64,000 bases of DNA, from the NCBI GenBank assembly GCA_965242725.1, contig CBDESZ010000001.1, positions 1 to 64,000 on the forward strand, written 5' to 3'. The translations under genes and the position numbers were made by a program. The stretch's first letter is position 1, and every line of letters begins with the position of its first letter. This document shows positions 1 through 10,391 of this stretch, piece by piece. Under the pieces are notes generated by a model that was not told the origin of the DNA, did no database searches, and saw only the letters and a program-made list of their open reading frames with translations. This stretch comes from Alkalispirochaeta sp. Lineage in GTDB: Bacteria > Spirochaetota > Spirochaetia > DSM-27196 > Alkalispirochaetaceae.

Positions 1-676
1 AATCTCCGTTTCGCCCTCGCCCTGAGGCAGGGAAACTCCCGCGCCGATGGAGGGGCGTCGGACCCCGCCCGGGGGACCCGCCTCCAGGGCGGGCGCAATT
101 CCGAAGATCACCGGCGGGATATCGTCACGACCGTCCCGGACCGGACGATCGACGAGGCCGCCGAGCGGTTGGGACTGCACGAGGCCATTGATGAGCGGGT
201 GGACACCTATTCCAAGGGCATGGCAACCCGCCTCTCCTTCATCAGGGCGGTACTCCACCGTCCTCCCCTTCTCTTCCTGGACGAGCCGACATCGGGCCTT
301 GATCCGTACTGGGCGCGACGGGTCAAGGATTGGATCGTGGAGCATCGGAACCGGGGCGCCGCGGTCTTTCTCACCACCCACTCCATGGAGCTCGCCGATG
401 AGCTCTGCGACACCGTAGGATTTCTCGTGGAGGGTCAACTTCTCGCTCAGGACTCGCCGACACAACTGAAACGCCGGTACGGCGAGACCGCCGTCGTCGT
501 TGAGGGCACCGACGGGGAGGGTAAGAACCTGCGCCGTGAACTCCCCTACGCGGCGCTGAAAACGGGTCCCTTTCGCGACTTTGAGGAAATTACGTCTGTA
601 CGAAATCGGGAAGTGTCCCATGGAGGAGGTCTTTCTCACCGTAACGGGACAGCGCATCACCGGAGATATGCGGTGA
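1..676 (+). CDS. ABC transporter ATP-binding protein (5'-truncated by the window; apparent +1 frameshift at 617-619)
   Basis: Frame 1 is open from base 1 with YSKGM signature, LFLDEPTSGLDP Walker B and LTTH switch. Removing one C from CCC at 617-619 restores a typical end, EVSMEEVFLTVTGQRITGDMR*, with TGA at 674-676. Confidence 0.85.
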
Positions 677-2141
677 AGGAGAATCTGACTGTACGGCGGC
701 AACGATCGCCGTGGAAAGTCGCCGTCATCCGCCAGCTTGAGGCGACGCGGCTGGAAGTCCGCCTTCAGTTCCGCAACGGCCTCTACGCGGTATACCTCGC
801 CATGACGGCCGTTTTTCTCGTCATTGTCGCACTCCTGCCGCCGGAGTGGCGGGAGACGGGGTTGGAACTGATCATTCTCTTTGATCCCACGGTTATGGGC
901 TTCTTCTTTGCCGGAGGCCTTGTCCTCCTTGAGCGGGATCAGGGCATACCCATGGTCGTCGTGACCAGTCGCGGCGGATTTGAGACCTAATCGGCGAGCC
1001 AAGGTCCAGGCACTGTTCATCCTCGCTTTTCTCGTAACCGCGGCACTCATCGCCGCAGGCGCGGTCCTCGGGTTTGTACATCCCTCTCCGAAGGGAATGT
1101 TGTCCGTCACCGTCGGCCTCGCCCTTTCCATCCTATTCATCTCTGTCTACTTCAATCTGGGGGTGATCATCGCCTCCTGGAAGCAGCGGGTCATGGAATA
1201 TTTCATCGTTGCCGGTGTCGCCCTTCTTCCGCTCATGATACCGTTGCCGGAGCTGCTGGGGATACCCGTCGGACCCGTTGCCGCGGTCTCCCCGCTGTAC
1301 GGTACGCAGGTTTTCATTACCGCCACCTTCGGCGCTCCTTTGAAAATCATTGAAGGAGGGACGGCTATCGCCGTTCTTCTCGTGTGGAATGCCGTTACCG
1401 CCCGGTGGGCGGCGCGGCGCTATACGCGATTTGTCGGTGGAGGGTCCGCAACCCAATACATCGGGCATCCCCGGAAGGAAGCACGTTCCGCCGCCCGCGT
1501 AACGCCGCTCCTGGACACCATGAACGGACTCGCCGTGGACGTGCGCCTCATGCTGCGGGACAAGATGATTCTGGTTATGCTGGGCGCGCCGTTTCTGGCG
1601 GCGGCGGTCATCGGACGGGGCGTCCCCGCTCTGGCGGCCCTTCTTTACGCACGGGGAATCACGGCGATGGCGGCATTTCCGGCGTATATAGACAACCTGC
1701 GTTCTTTCGTCCTTCTCCTCGGCCCGGCGATGTACGGAATCGCCGGTGCTTTTCTCATTCTCGAGGAAAAGGATTCAGGGGTCGTTCCCTTTCTGAAAAC
1801 CGTTCCCGGCCGCCGGGGATGGTACATCACCCGGAGGGGGCGTGACCCTTTATCTCATGCACTGGCTTTTCATTATACCCATTGTCTTCACGGGGAAGCT
1901 GTATGTCGGCACACCATTCCGATTTGCCCTCTCCCTCGTGGTGGACTCCCTCGTCCTGCCCGGCGTCTTTCTTCTCGTCGCAGGGATGGCGAAGAACAAG
2001 GTGCAGGGTCTCGCGTTGGCCAAGATCGTCAACATTCTCACCGTGCCGCCCCTGCTGATGATTGTTGTTCCCGAACGGTGGGTGTGGGTTTTTGCGGTCA
2101 TCCCGTCGGCGTGGGGCACGCTCATCCGACAGGGTTTGTGA
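673..2141 (+). CDS. ABC-2 type exporter permease, Rv2686c/Rv2687c (fluoroquinolone export)-like, two permease units in tandem; +1 frameshifts at ~989 and ~1840
   Basis: GTG start overlaps the ATPase stop (GTGA). First unit RLQFRNG...DPTVMGFFFAGGLVLLERDQG; second unit GAFLILEEKDSG...AKNKVQGLALAK. Deleting one A at 989-990 and one G at 1836-1840 gives a continuous frame. Confidence 0.7.
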
Positions 2142-2308
2142 CGTATTGAGAAGATTGTTGATCGATGCGCCTGATCGATGCGCTGTAACCATCGACGTCA
2201 AAAGGAACTACGCCGTCAATGGACGGCGAATGATCGGTCCCGGTGCAATAAGTTCTTGTCAGGAAAGGGAGTGTACTCGATGTATCAACAGGCTTGTGAA
2301 TACTTTAC

Positions 2309-2986
2309 TCAATCCACGCTGTTGCGCTTCCCGTAGTGGTCGCGGACAAAGCGCTGCATCGTCTCCACATCCTCATCCTTGAAAAGGACCGGTTCACCGA
2401 GAAGGCGGGCAAAGAGGTAAATCTGCGCGTTTTTTTCGAGAACCATCGCCACCTTAAGGGCGAAGCGCATATCCCGCCCCACCGAGAGTGCGCCGTGGTT
2501 GGGAAGGAGTACCGCATTATTGCCTCCAAGCGCTTCTATCGCTGCCTGTCCCAGCTCCGGTGTCCCCGGCAGCTCGTACCGGTCACAATAGGTAATCTCG
2601 GCACCGACAATTTGCGCAAAATCCTCACTCACCGCCGGCAGGGGCTGACGAATGACACCGAAGACGGACGACCACGTGGGATGGGTGTGCACCACCGCAT
2701 GAACGTCTTTTCGGTGACGGTAAACCGCCCCGTGCATGTGTTTTTCGACGGAGGGTTCCGCCGTACCGTCGACGACGTTGAGGTCAAGATCCATGACGAC
2801 CACATGCCGGGGCTGAATGGCTGTGTAATCCATTCCGCTCGGGCTGATATACATGTAGTCCGTATCGGGATCGCGCACGCTTATATTGCCCCACGTTCCG
2901 ACGGTGATACCGAGCCGGACCATTTCAAGCCCCGTCTCGACAATCAGCGTCTTGTAGTCATCGCGGATCTTCTGTTCCCTACTCAT
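2309..2986 (-). CDS. Class II aldolase/adducin family protein (FucA-like; probable 5-deoxyribulose/methylthioribulose-1-phosphate aldolase)
   Basis: GNIS, SPSG, PSVE..MH, VVHTH and LLPNHG motifs; overlaps the mtnA stop. Confidence 0.85.
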   Translation of the reverse strand: MSREQKIRDDYKTLIVETGLEMVRLGITVGTWGNISVRDPDTDYMYISPSGMDYTAIQPRHVVVMDLDLNVVDGTAEPSVEKHMHGAVYRHRKDVHAVVHTHPTWSSVFGVIRQPLPAVSEDFAQIVGAEITYCDRYELPGTPELGQAAIEALGGNNAVLLPNHGALSVGRDMRFALKVAMVLEKNAQIYLFARLLGEPVLFKDEDVETMQRFVRDHYGKRNSVD

Positions 2987-4037
2987 TCGCCGCTCCTCCA
3001 AAGGTCGCCTCAAGTCCTTCAGCCAGAGGTTGTCCTATGATTCCCCGGTCGGTAATGATCGCCGTCACCAGCTCCGCCGGCGTGACGTCAAAGGCGGGAT
3101 TGCGCACCTGTATTCCTTCCGGTGCGGTCGCCCGTTCCCCGAAATGGGTCACCTCCGACGGGTCCCGTTCTTCGATGACGATTTTGTCCCCCGAAGGGGT
3201 TGCCATATCAATGGTGGATGCGGGGCTCGCGACGTAAAAGGGTATGCCGTAGTGGCGGGCGAGTATCGCCACACCCAGCGTACCGATCTTGTTGGCGACA
3301 TCACCGTTGGCGGCTACGCGGTCGGTACCGACGATGACCATATCGATCAAGCCCTGCTGCATGACGTATGCCGCCATGTTGTCGGTAATTGTGTATACGT
3401 CTATTCCCGCCTGCTGCAGTTCCCACGCGGTGAGCCGGGAGCCCTGCAGGAGCGGTCTGCTCTCGTCGGAATAGACGGTAAAGGAAACGCCTCGCTGATG
3501 GGCAAGGTACATCGGTGCCGTAGCCGTTCCGAAGTCGGAGGTTGCCAGGCGTCCGGCATTGCAGTGGGTGAGGATTCCTCCTCCTTCAGGGATGAGCGAA
3601 ACTCCGTGTTCACCGATCTTTCGACACAGCTCCACGTCTTCCCGATGGATCTCCCGTGCTTCCGCAACGACCCGGCGGTAGAGCTCCGACCCCGTCGTCT
3701 CCGTGGAGGCGTGCAGGACGTCGCAGACGCGTCTCACCGCCCAGCGAAGGTTGACCGCGGTGGGACGTGAACCGTCGAGATAGTGCGCAGATTCATCGAG
3801 GCGACGGAGAAACTCAGGTCGATCCGTTTTCTGATAGTCCTTCATTGCCACGGCGAGTCCGTACGCCGCAGCTACACCGATCGCCGGCGCGCCGCGAACC
3901 TTGAGTTCCCGTATGGCGTGCCAGACATCCTCCAGGGATCGCTGCTCCTCCACCACCACCTCCCGGGGCAGTCTCGTCTGGTCCAGGAGGTAGAGAGTGT
4001 CGTCCTGCCATGTGATGCTTCGTACCGTTGATTCCAT
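2979..4037 (-). CDS. mtnA: S-methyl-5-thioribose-1-phosphate isomerase
   Basis: VRGAPAIG, SRPTAVNL, LTHCNAG, ESRPLLQGSRLT, NGDVANKIGT and NPAFDVTP motifs. Confidence 0.95.
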   Translation of the reverse strand: MESTVRSITWQDDTLYLLDQTRLPREVVVEEQRSLEDVWHAIRELKVRGAPAIGVAAAYGLAVAMKDYQKTDRPEFLRRLDESAHYLDGSRPTAVNLRWAVRRVCDVLHASTETTGSELYRRVVAEAREIHREDVELCRKIGEHGVSLIPEGGGILTHCNAGRLATSDFGTATAPMYLAHQRGVSFTVYSDESRPLLQGSRLTAWELQQAGIDVYTITDNMAAYVMQQGLIDMVIVGTDRVAANGDVANKIGTLGVAILARHYGIPFYVASPASTIDMATPSGDKIVIEERDPSEVTHFGERATAPEGIQVRNPAFDVTPAELVTAIITDRGIIGQPLAEGLEATFGGAANE

Positions 4038-4046
4038 CGCTCCATC

Positions 4047-4868
4047 CTATGAACTGTTTTCGTTTTTTGCCAGGAGGCGTCGTATTTCCGACGCCGGTGG
4101 GCGTCCCTGTACACCTCCGTCCGAATCGGTCGCACCGACCGCCCCGACGAAATCGCCTGCGCCTTCCTCCGGCGTGAACTCCGAGCGGATCTCCCCGTTG
4201 CGTCCAAGGACGACGACGCGATCCCCCAGCCGCACCGCCTCATCGACGTCATGGGTGACGAAGAGGACTGCCGCGGCGTGTGCCTCCTGCAGCCGTCGCA
4301 GCAGGAGTCCCAGCTTTTCACGTGTCGGGGCGTCTACCGCGGCAAAGGGCTCGTCAAGGAGAAGTACCGCCGGCTCCAGGACGAACGCCCTGGCGAGGGC
4401 GACGCGCTGCTTCATACCCCCGGAGAGCTGATGGGGATACTTGTCGCCGTGACCATCGAGCTCCACCTCGGCGAGGGCGCTGCTGGCCCTTTCGGTCCGC
4501 ACCGACTTCACCATGTGTGGTGCGGTAAACCGGAGAGGAAACGCGACGTTTTCCACAGTCCGTTTCCACGGATAGAGCTGATCCTGATCCTGAAAGACGA
4601 CGATCCGGTCCGGATCCGGCCGGGAAACTTCGGTACCGCGAAAACGTATCGTTCCTGCCAGGGGACGGAGAAAGGAGCCGGCAAGTTTGAGAATAGTCGA
4701 CTTTCCGCAGCCCGACGGCCCCAGAAGACACACGGTCTCCCCGCGGCGCAGCCGGAGGGAGAAGCCGTTCACAACCGGTCGCGGAGCGTCGGGATAACGG
4801 TAGTGAACACCGGCCAATTCAAGCTCCGCGGCGCCCGGGGTGTTCCCGTTCAACTGCTCATCCCCCAC
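4047..4868 (-). CDS. NitT/TauT-family ABC transporter ATP-binding protein
   Basis: GPSGCGKST, LSGGMKQRVALARA, LLLDEPF, FVTHDVDEA. Confidence 0.9.
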   Translation of the reverse strand: MGDEQLNGNTPGAAELELAGVHYRYPDAPRPVVNGFSLRLRRGETVCLLGPSGCGKSTILKLAGSFLRPLAGTIRFRGTEVSRPDPDRIVVFQDQDQLYPWKRTVENVAFPLRFTAPHMVKSVRTERASSALAEVELDGHGDKYPHQLSGGMKQRVALARAFVLEPAVLLLDEPFAAVDAPTREKLGLLLRRLQEAHAAAVLFVTHDVDEAVRLGDRVVVLGRNGEIRSEFTPEEGAGDFVGAVGATDSDGGVQGRPPASEIRRLLAKNENSS

Positions 4869-5617
4869 TGCCGGACGGTCCGTTTCTCGATGAACTCAAA
4901 GAGGAAACTTTCGACGATGCTTCCCACGATCATGACGACGAGGATTCCGCCGAAAAGCCCCTGGGCATCCATGAAGACGCGACGGGAAAAAAGGTACCAG
5001 CCGATTCCTCCGCCACCGGCGACGGCACCGAAGACCATTTCAGCGCTGATGAGGGCGCGCCAGCTCCGCGCCCAGGCGATGCGTCCCCCCGCAAGGAGAT
5101 AGGGAAGCGTCGCCGGGAACACTACCGAAACGTGGTACCTGAAGGGGGACATGCGATAATTCTCCGCCACCATGCGCCACGTCGGGGGTATTGCACGAAA
5201 TCCAGTCTGAAGGTTTGTCAGCACGGGCCAGAAAACGGAGTGAAAGATGACGAGAACGACGGCGGGGGTGCCGATACCGAACCAGAGGATGATGACCGGC
5301 AGGAGGGCGATACCGGGAAGGGGGTGAAAGAGCGATCCCGCCACGTGGAAGAAATCTTCGGCCCACCGATTGCCTCCGGCGAGAAAGACGGCAACGATTG
5401 CCGCAACGACGGCGATCCCGCCTCCGAGTACGATGACCATCAATGAAACGGCGAGTCGCCGCAGAATGACCCCCTCTCCGACTGCATCGATGAGTCCACC
5501 GATGATATCGGGCAGGGAAGGCATCACAAGGGGCGACACATTCCCCACGAGGCGCGTCGCCTCCCAGAGGACGACCATCGCCGCCAGTAACACCCAGCCT
5601 CGCCACCGTTCACTCAT
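4850..5617 (-). CDS. NitT/TauT-family ABC transporter permease
   Basis: PLPGIALLPVIILWFGIG and SWRALISAEM motifs; hydrophobic. Confidence 0.9.
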   Translation of the reverse strand: MSERWRGWVLLAAMVVLWEATRLVGNVSPLVMPSLPDIIGGLIDAVGEGVILRRLAVSLMVIVLGGGIAVVAAIVAVFLAGGNRWAEDFFHVAGSLFHPLPGIALLPVIILWFGIGTPAVVLVIFHSVFWPVLTNLQTGFRAIPPTWRMVAENYRMSPFRYHVSVVFPATLPYLLAGGRIAWARSWRALISAEMVFGAVAGGGGIGWYLFSRRVFMDAQGLFGGILVVMIVGSIVESFLFEFIEKRTVRQWGMSS

Positions 5618-6657
5618 TGGAGATATCCGTGCTCCGTCATGAATCGGGTAAAACGTGACATTCCGCGAATTTCGGTCTCATAGACCATTCCCTCGGCGGC
5701 AATGTCCCCGGTGAGGGTGAGTATGGGGGTGTCGTAAAACCCGGCAAGATACTCAAGGACCTCCCGGGACCGGCTGGAAAGACTATCGAAGACGGCGGAG
5801 TCCACGGAGTCGTAGTGCCGCAATTCCGACTGTACATCCGAAATGATCGCGGTTCCGTCGGTGAGCGCCCCCTCCAGGAGCGCGAGTGTATCGGGGGAGT
5901 CGGAAACCGCCGGTGCGGCGACACCGACAATAAAGGTATAGGGTCCGCCGAAGGCGCGCTCACCGGATACGAGAAGGGCTGCCTCGGGATGATCGAGTTC
6001 GCGAAAGAGATATGGAGGCGTGGTGAAATGGGCGACAACGTCACTTCGTGGTGCAAGGAGGGCGTTCATTCCGTCGGGATGCCCCATACTCACAAGCCCC
6101 TCGTCGAGCAGGGAAGAATTGATTCCCGAATTTTCAAGCATCATGGCAAGGAGGATATGCTGAATGCTTCCCGGCTGGGGCAGCGCGATCCGCGGGCGGG
6201 CGCCCCGTTGCGCGCGATCGATGATGTCGTCAAAGGATTCCACCTCGGGACTGACCGTCACCAGTCCGACGGGAACGCGGGAAATACCGATAAAGGCGGA
6301 CCATTGAAATCCGTGATGCCGGCCGATGATATAGGGAGGAATACCCATGAATCCGACGTCGAGCCGGTCGGCAACCATCGCTTCCCGTATTGCCGTCGCG
6401 TTGTTGAGGCGCTCCCAACGCAGTTCCGTCGTTTCCTGCAGTGACGCGATCCCCGTTGCTCCGATACGCATCGCGGTTCCGGCGGGCATCCGGAGGAGTG
6501 CGACGGGAATGTAGGCAAGGCCGTGCTGTTCGGCGATACGCAGGACCGGCCGTCCGCTGTCTTCGGTACAGCCGGTGAGGATGACGATCAGAACAACCGC
6601 ACATACAATGATCTGAGTGAGGAAGGCGCTCTTCGGGGTTCCGGACATTTCGTCCAT
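5614..6657 (-). CDS. NitT/TauT-family ABC substrate-binding lipoprotein (start uncertain, 6648-6675)
   Basis: Lipobox-like ILTGC; QHGLAY, DVGFMG, IALPQPGSIQH and MGHPDG motifs. Confidence 0.8.
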   Translation of the reverse strand: MDEMSGTPKSAFLTQIIVCAVVLIVILTGCTEDSGRPVLRIAEQHGLAYIPVALLRMPAGTAMRIGATGIASLQETTELRWERLNNATAIREAMVADRLDVGFMGIPPYIIGRHHGFQWSAFIGISRVPVGLVTVSPEVESFDDIIDRAQRGARPRIALPQPGSIQHILLAMMLENSGINSSLLDEGLVSMGHPDGMNALLAPRSDVVAHFTTPPYLFRELDHPEAALLVSGERAFGGPYTFIVGVAAPAVSDSPDTLALLEGALTDGTAIISDVQSELRHYDSVDSAVFDSLSSRSREVLEYLAGFYDTPILTLTGDIAAEGMVYETEIRGMSRFTRFMTEHGYLQ

Positions 6658-6709
6658 TGTACCTGAAAGGCGCACCGCCGCACAGGTGGCGGGGCGGACG
6701 ATCGCCGCC

Positions 6710-8047
6710 TCAGGTCGGGGGATGGCAGGCTGCCGAACGTGAATCGAGAATCATGTTGCGCCCCTCCGTATCCTTTGCCACAAGGGTATTGAAGAGGGTA
6801 TCGATGAGGCCGTTCAGTTCCGCCCTGTTTGATGCGTGCACCACGGCGTAGGCGATGCGCTGGGTGGAGTTCTCGATACTCCTGATCACCGTTCCAACGG
6901 GCAAAAGGAAGCGGCAATCCGCAACGCCCGGCGTTCGACGTAGGACTTCATCCCCCTCAAGGGACTGAACGACACCGGGGCGGGCAAAGATCAGGGGAAC
7001 GGCGAAATAACGGTGCTCCTCCCCGGATGATGTGGAAGAGTCCATTGTGTGTGTCCCCGGGAGGTGGTGTCCGTGTGCGACGGCTTGCTCGATGGAGCGA
7101 AGCTGCCGGTCCAGCGGATCGTGAGGTGTGACGGTGGGAATGGACTGGTCTTCATACGCGCCGCCCAGACGAAATGCGATTTCATTGACAAGGACCGGGG
7201 ATTGAGCGTTTTCGTTCAGGTCGCTCCCGATGAGCATCTGAAAATATATCGGCCCCGACGAAAGCGCGAAGGCGGTACAGATACGACGTGTCAGTGAGCA
7301 AATCTGTTTTGTGTGACCGGCGGCGTGATAGCTGGGATAGCGATGGGCGAGACAGACGCCGAGGGACGGAGGCTGTTCAAGGGTAACCCTGTCGGTGATC
7401 GTCCATATTTCAACGTCATCGGGGTTGTTGGCCCATCCCGAGACGGTCACCTCCCGGGAGGGATAGTACTCCTCCACGAGAACCCGCTGCTCCCGGGAAA
7501 ACGAGCGGGCGACGGCGTAGTGATCCTCCGCGGCTTCGAAGGAGGTCGCCGTGATGATGCCCCGCTGACCCTGGCTGTCCACAGGCTTCACCACAAGCGG
7601 CGGATGCAGCGGCGCGACGACATGGGGCGGGTATTCCCAACGGCCGTCTCCGGGAGGACCAAGAAGAGCGTACCGCGCCGACGGGATGCCCGCCGCGGCA
7701 AATCGCTCCTTCATGAGGCGTTTATTGGTCACCAGTGCCGCCTGAGCGGGCGTGAGGGGGAAGGGAAGACCAAGGCGGGAAGAGGCGACGGCGGCGGTGT
7801 ATACCGGCTGGTCCGTCCCGACGGCGAGAATCGCATCGACCCCGTGTTTCCGCGCCGCAGCGGTCACGCCGTCCACGTCAAAGGTCGATACCTCGGCAAA
7901 CTGGTCGGCCAGTTCCCGCGCCGGCGCGTGGACATCTCTGTCGGCAAGGATCGTGACAAATCCCCGTTCCCCGGCGCGACGAAAGGCGTTGATCTGGCTG
8001 CTGCCGCCGCCGAGGATCATCAGGCGTACCGGGCGGTTCACAGACAC
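6710..8047 (-). CDS. ATP-grasp domain protein (carboxylate-amine ligase fold)
   Basis: ILGGGSSQ, TNKRLMK, VVKPVDSQGQRG, LVEEY and VNEIAFRLGG motifs. Confidence 0.85.
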   Translation of the reverse strand: MSVNRPVRLMILGGGSSQINAFRRAGERGFVTILADRDVHAPARELADQFAEVSTFDVDGVTAAARKHGVDAILAVGTDQPVYTAAVASSRLGLPFPLTPAQAALVTNKRLMKERFAAAGIPSARYALLGPPGDGRWEYPPHVVAPLHPPLVVKPVDSQGQRGIITATSFEAAEDHYAVARSFSREQRVLVEEYYPSREVTVSGWANNPDDVEIWTITDRVTLEQPPSLGVCLAHRYPSYHAAGHTKQICSLTRRICTAFALSSGPIYFQMLIGSDLNENAQSPVLVNEIAFRLGGAYEDQSIPTVTPHDPLDRQLRSIEQAVAHGHHLPGTHTMDSSTSSGEEHRYFAVPLIFARPGVVQSLEGDEVLRRTPGVADCRFLLPVGTVIRSIENSTQRIAYAVVHASNRAELNGLIDTLFNTLVAKDTEGRNMILDSRSAACHPPT

Positions 8048-8901
8048 CCCCGGGGGATCTCAATCGGCTCCGGCGGTCGGAGCACTCGACCGATACGCTT
8101 CAATGGGCCCCAGTAGAGCAGAAGGTTCCAGAATATGTTCCCCAGAGTGATGATCGTGTATCGGCTCGCATCATGTGCCGCCGGTGAAATTGTTACTCCG
8201 TCGTCGGCGCTCCCGGGAATTGGACCATCGTATCGGTGTGCGGCGACGGCGGGATCACATGACAGGAGCATCGCTGAAAGATAGGGAAAGCTCACCGGCC
8301 GGGTGAGAGCACATTCCGCCAGTCCGCGGCGAAATACCCGAAAACTGGTGACGGGAACGGCCCAGGGCTTACCGAGACAGACGGAGAAGAGGGCGTTGTT
8401 GCACCACGTACCGAGACGACGGGCCGTCCGATGTGCATCATCCAACGCGGGACGGCCCGCACTGCCCGCCGCACGCCGGCGGGGCGCACCGTAGATGAGA
8501 TCGATGGAGTCGCCGGCAGTAATACGTCGAACCATTTCCACGAGTTCAAACGGCGGGTGGGCGCCGTCGTCATCCATCGTCGCGATAATCTCACCCTTCG
8601 CTGCGGCGACACCGACAATGGTCGCCAGTTGTTGGCCCCGATTTTCCGGGAGGCAAACGATGGAGCAATGAATTGAGGGAGCGACGGCAGAGGAAAGCGC
8701 GTCATGGAAACGGACAGTCTCAACGGCGATGTGACGGAGTTGGGAGGGACTGCCGTCGTCGACGACGATGATCTCCGCCCCTCCCGCCGGGAGCGTCCGC
8801 AAAGCCGTGATGAGCCCGGGAAGGAGCCGGGCGAGGCGTTGCCCCCCCTGATATGATGGAATGACAATGCTGAGAAGGGGCTTTTCCGTCGGGACGCTCA
8901 T
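8038..8901 (-). CDS. Glycosyltransferase family 2 (DPM1/GtrB-like)
   Basis: LSIVIPSY, IIVVDDGS, NRGQQ and TMDDDGAHP (DxD). Confidence 0.85.
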   Translation of the reverse strand: MSVPTEKPLLSIVIPSYQGGQRLARLLPGLITALRTLPAGGAEIIVVDDGSPSQLRHIAVETVRFHDALSSAVAPSIHCSIVCLPENRGQQLATIVGVAAAKGEIIATMDDDGAHPPFELVEMVRRITAGDSIDLIYGAPRRRAAGSAGRPALDDAHRTARRLGTWCNNALFSVCLGKPWAVPVTSFRVFRRGLAECALTRPVSFPYLSAMLLSCDPAVAAHRYDGPIPGSADDGVTISPAAHDASRYTIITLGNIFWNLLLYWGPLKRIGRVLRPPEPIEIPRGCL

Positions 8902-10205
8902 GTATCGTCGTCCGACGGCGAAGGTTCCACAACTTTCCTCACCGATGCATCGAGACCATCGACGCCGCGGGGAACTGAGCTTGATGCACCAAGCTCCTGA
9001 AGACGTTTCACACCCGGCAGCACGCGGTGCTCATATGAACCGGCGGCGTCGTTGAAACGTTGAACCGCCTGACCGAGAGACGCACCGAGACGATTCAGAT
9101 GGTCGGAGAAGGGGACGAGACGCTCAAGGAGGTCTTTTCCCGCGTTGGCGATGCCCTCGGCGTTCCGGGAAAGTTCGATTTGCATCCATCCATATGCCAC
9201 GACGCGCAGCAGGGCGAGAAAGCTGGCCGGCGCCGCGACGATAACGCGATTGGAGAGCGCGTACTCCAGAAGGTCGGGATCGTGGCTGAACGCCGACGCC
9301 AGCCCGCTTTCATAGGGAACCAGCATTACTACAAACTCCGGAGTCCGGGGAAACTGACTCCAGTACGCCTTCTGGGCGAGAGCCTGCACATGCCCGCGTA
9401 ACGCCTTGGCGTGCCGTTTTGCCGCCTGGTGAGCCAGTTCAGGTGTTGCCGCTTCCTGGGAGTCGAGATAGGCGCTCATCGGCGCTTTTGCGTCCACGGG
9501 GACGAGCGCATCCGACGGTAAATGAACGATCATGTCGGGTCGGCCCGTTCCGCCGCCCTGACCGGGAGCGGTACTTTGCTCATCGAAATCGACGTGTTCC
9601 GTCATGCCTGCCATTTCCACCAGCCGGCGAAGCTGGACCTCGCCCCACCGTCCCCGCACGTTGGGAGCCCGCAACGCCTGGTCGAGGGATGTCGTTGCGT
9701 TCTGAAGGTTGCGATACTGTTCGCTGATCATGCGAACCTGTTCTATCACGCCGCGATACGCCCCCTCGCGCTTTTCCTCCATGGATCTGACGTGGGTATC
9801 AAGCTTCTGTAGTTCCGTGTTCAGGGGAGTGAGAATGCTTTGCAGCTGCTCTTTGTTCTGTTGAGAGAGGACGGTGGTGCTCTGTCGAAGTGTCCGCGAT
9901 GCAAGAGCCTCGAAGGTCTCCCGCAGCGTCTTATCCGCCTCCGCAAGCCATGACACCCGTTCCCGATCGGCGGCGCTCCTGCTCTGGGCTTCAGCCAGGC
10001 GCAGGGACAGGTCGTCGGCACGTCGGCGCTCGCTGTCCCGTTCCGACAGGAGTTCCGTTACCCGTCCCTCCAGGGTGGCAATGCGAGTTGCGTCGGCTCC
10101 GCGGCGACGGCTGTTTCGGTACTGTGTGATGAGGGCGGTCAATACCGCGGTGAGAATGACAACCGCCGCGAGGATGACCGACGCCGGGAATGGCAGGAGC
10201 TCCAT
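8898..10205 (-). CDS. rmuC: DNA recombination protein RmuC
   Basis: N-terminal TM and coiled coil; RGRWGEVQLRR, RPDMIVHLP, VDAKAP and YW...PEFVVM motifs. Confidence 0.92.
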   Translation of the reverse strand: MELLPFPASVILAAVVILTAVLTALITQYRNSRRRGADATRIATLEGRVTELLSERDSERRRADDLSLRLAEAQSRSAADRERVSWLAEADKTLRETFEALASRTLRQSTTVLSQQNKEQLQSILTPLNTELQKLDTHVRSMEEKREGAYRGVIEQVRMISEQYRNLQNATTSLDQALRAPNVRGRWGEVQLRRLVEMAGMTEHVDFDEQSTAPGQGGGTGRPDMIVHLPSDALVPVDAKAPMSAYLDSQEAATPELAHQAAKRHAKALRGHVQALAQKAYWSQFPRTPEFVVMLVPYESGLASAFSHDPDLLEYALSNRVIVAAPASFLALLRVVAYGWMQIELSRNAEGIANAGKDLLERLVPFSDHLNRLGASLGQAVQRFNDAAGSYEHRVLPGVKRLQELGASSSVPRGVDGLDASVRKVVEPSPSDDDT

Positions 10206-10391
10206 GGCGGTAGCATAACGCGCCCGGGTCATGAGGCGCTACCCGGCTGGTATACACATTCCTGTTGCAGACCTCCGATGCACACGGTCGTTGTATACGA
10301 ACGTCGTCCGCGTGCGGTGTACACGGGAGGGCGGCATGTCTCGGGAAAATGCCCGGGGAGAGGAGAACCCGCTCCCCGGGGCGGCGAACCG

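Noticed and set aside
169..990. Apparent ATPase-permease fusion ORF
   Set aside because: Produced by the extra C at 617-619; the natural ATPase end and a GTGA overlap are visible in the neighbouring frame.
2159..2183. TGATCGATGCGC x2 as a CRISPR or att site
   Set aside because: Only two adjacent 12-bp copies, with no spacers and no cas or integrase gene.
2309..2986. mtnB (methylthioribulose-1-P dehydratase)
   Set aside because: The sequence looks FucA-like and no mtnC/mtnD/mtnW/mtnX genes are nearby; an aldolase is more likely, though mtnB is not excluded.
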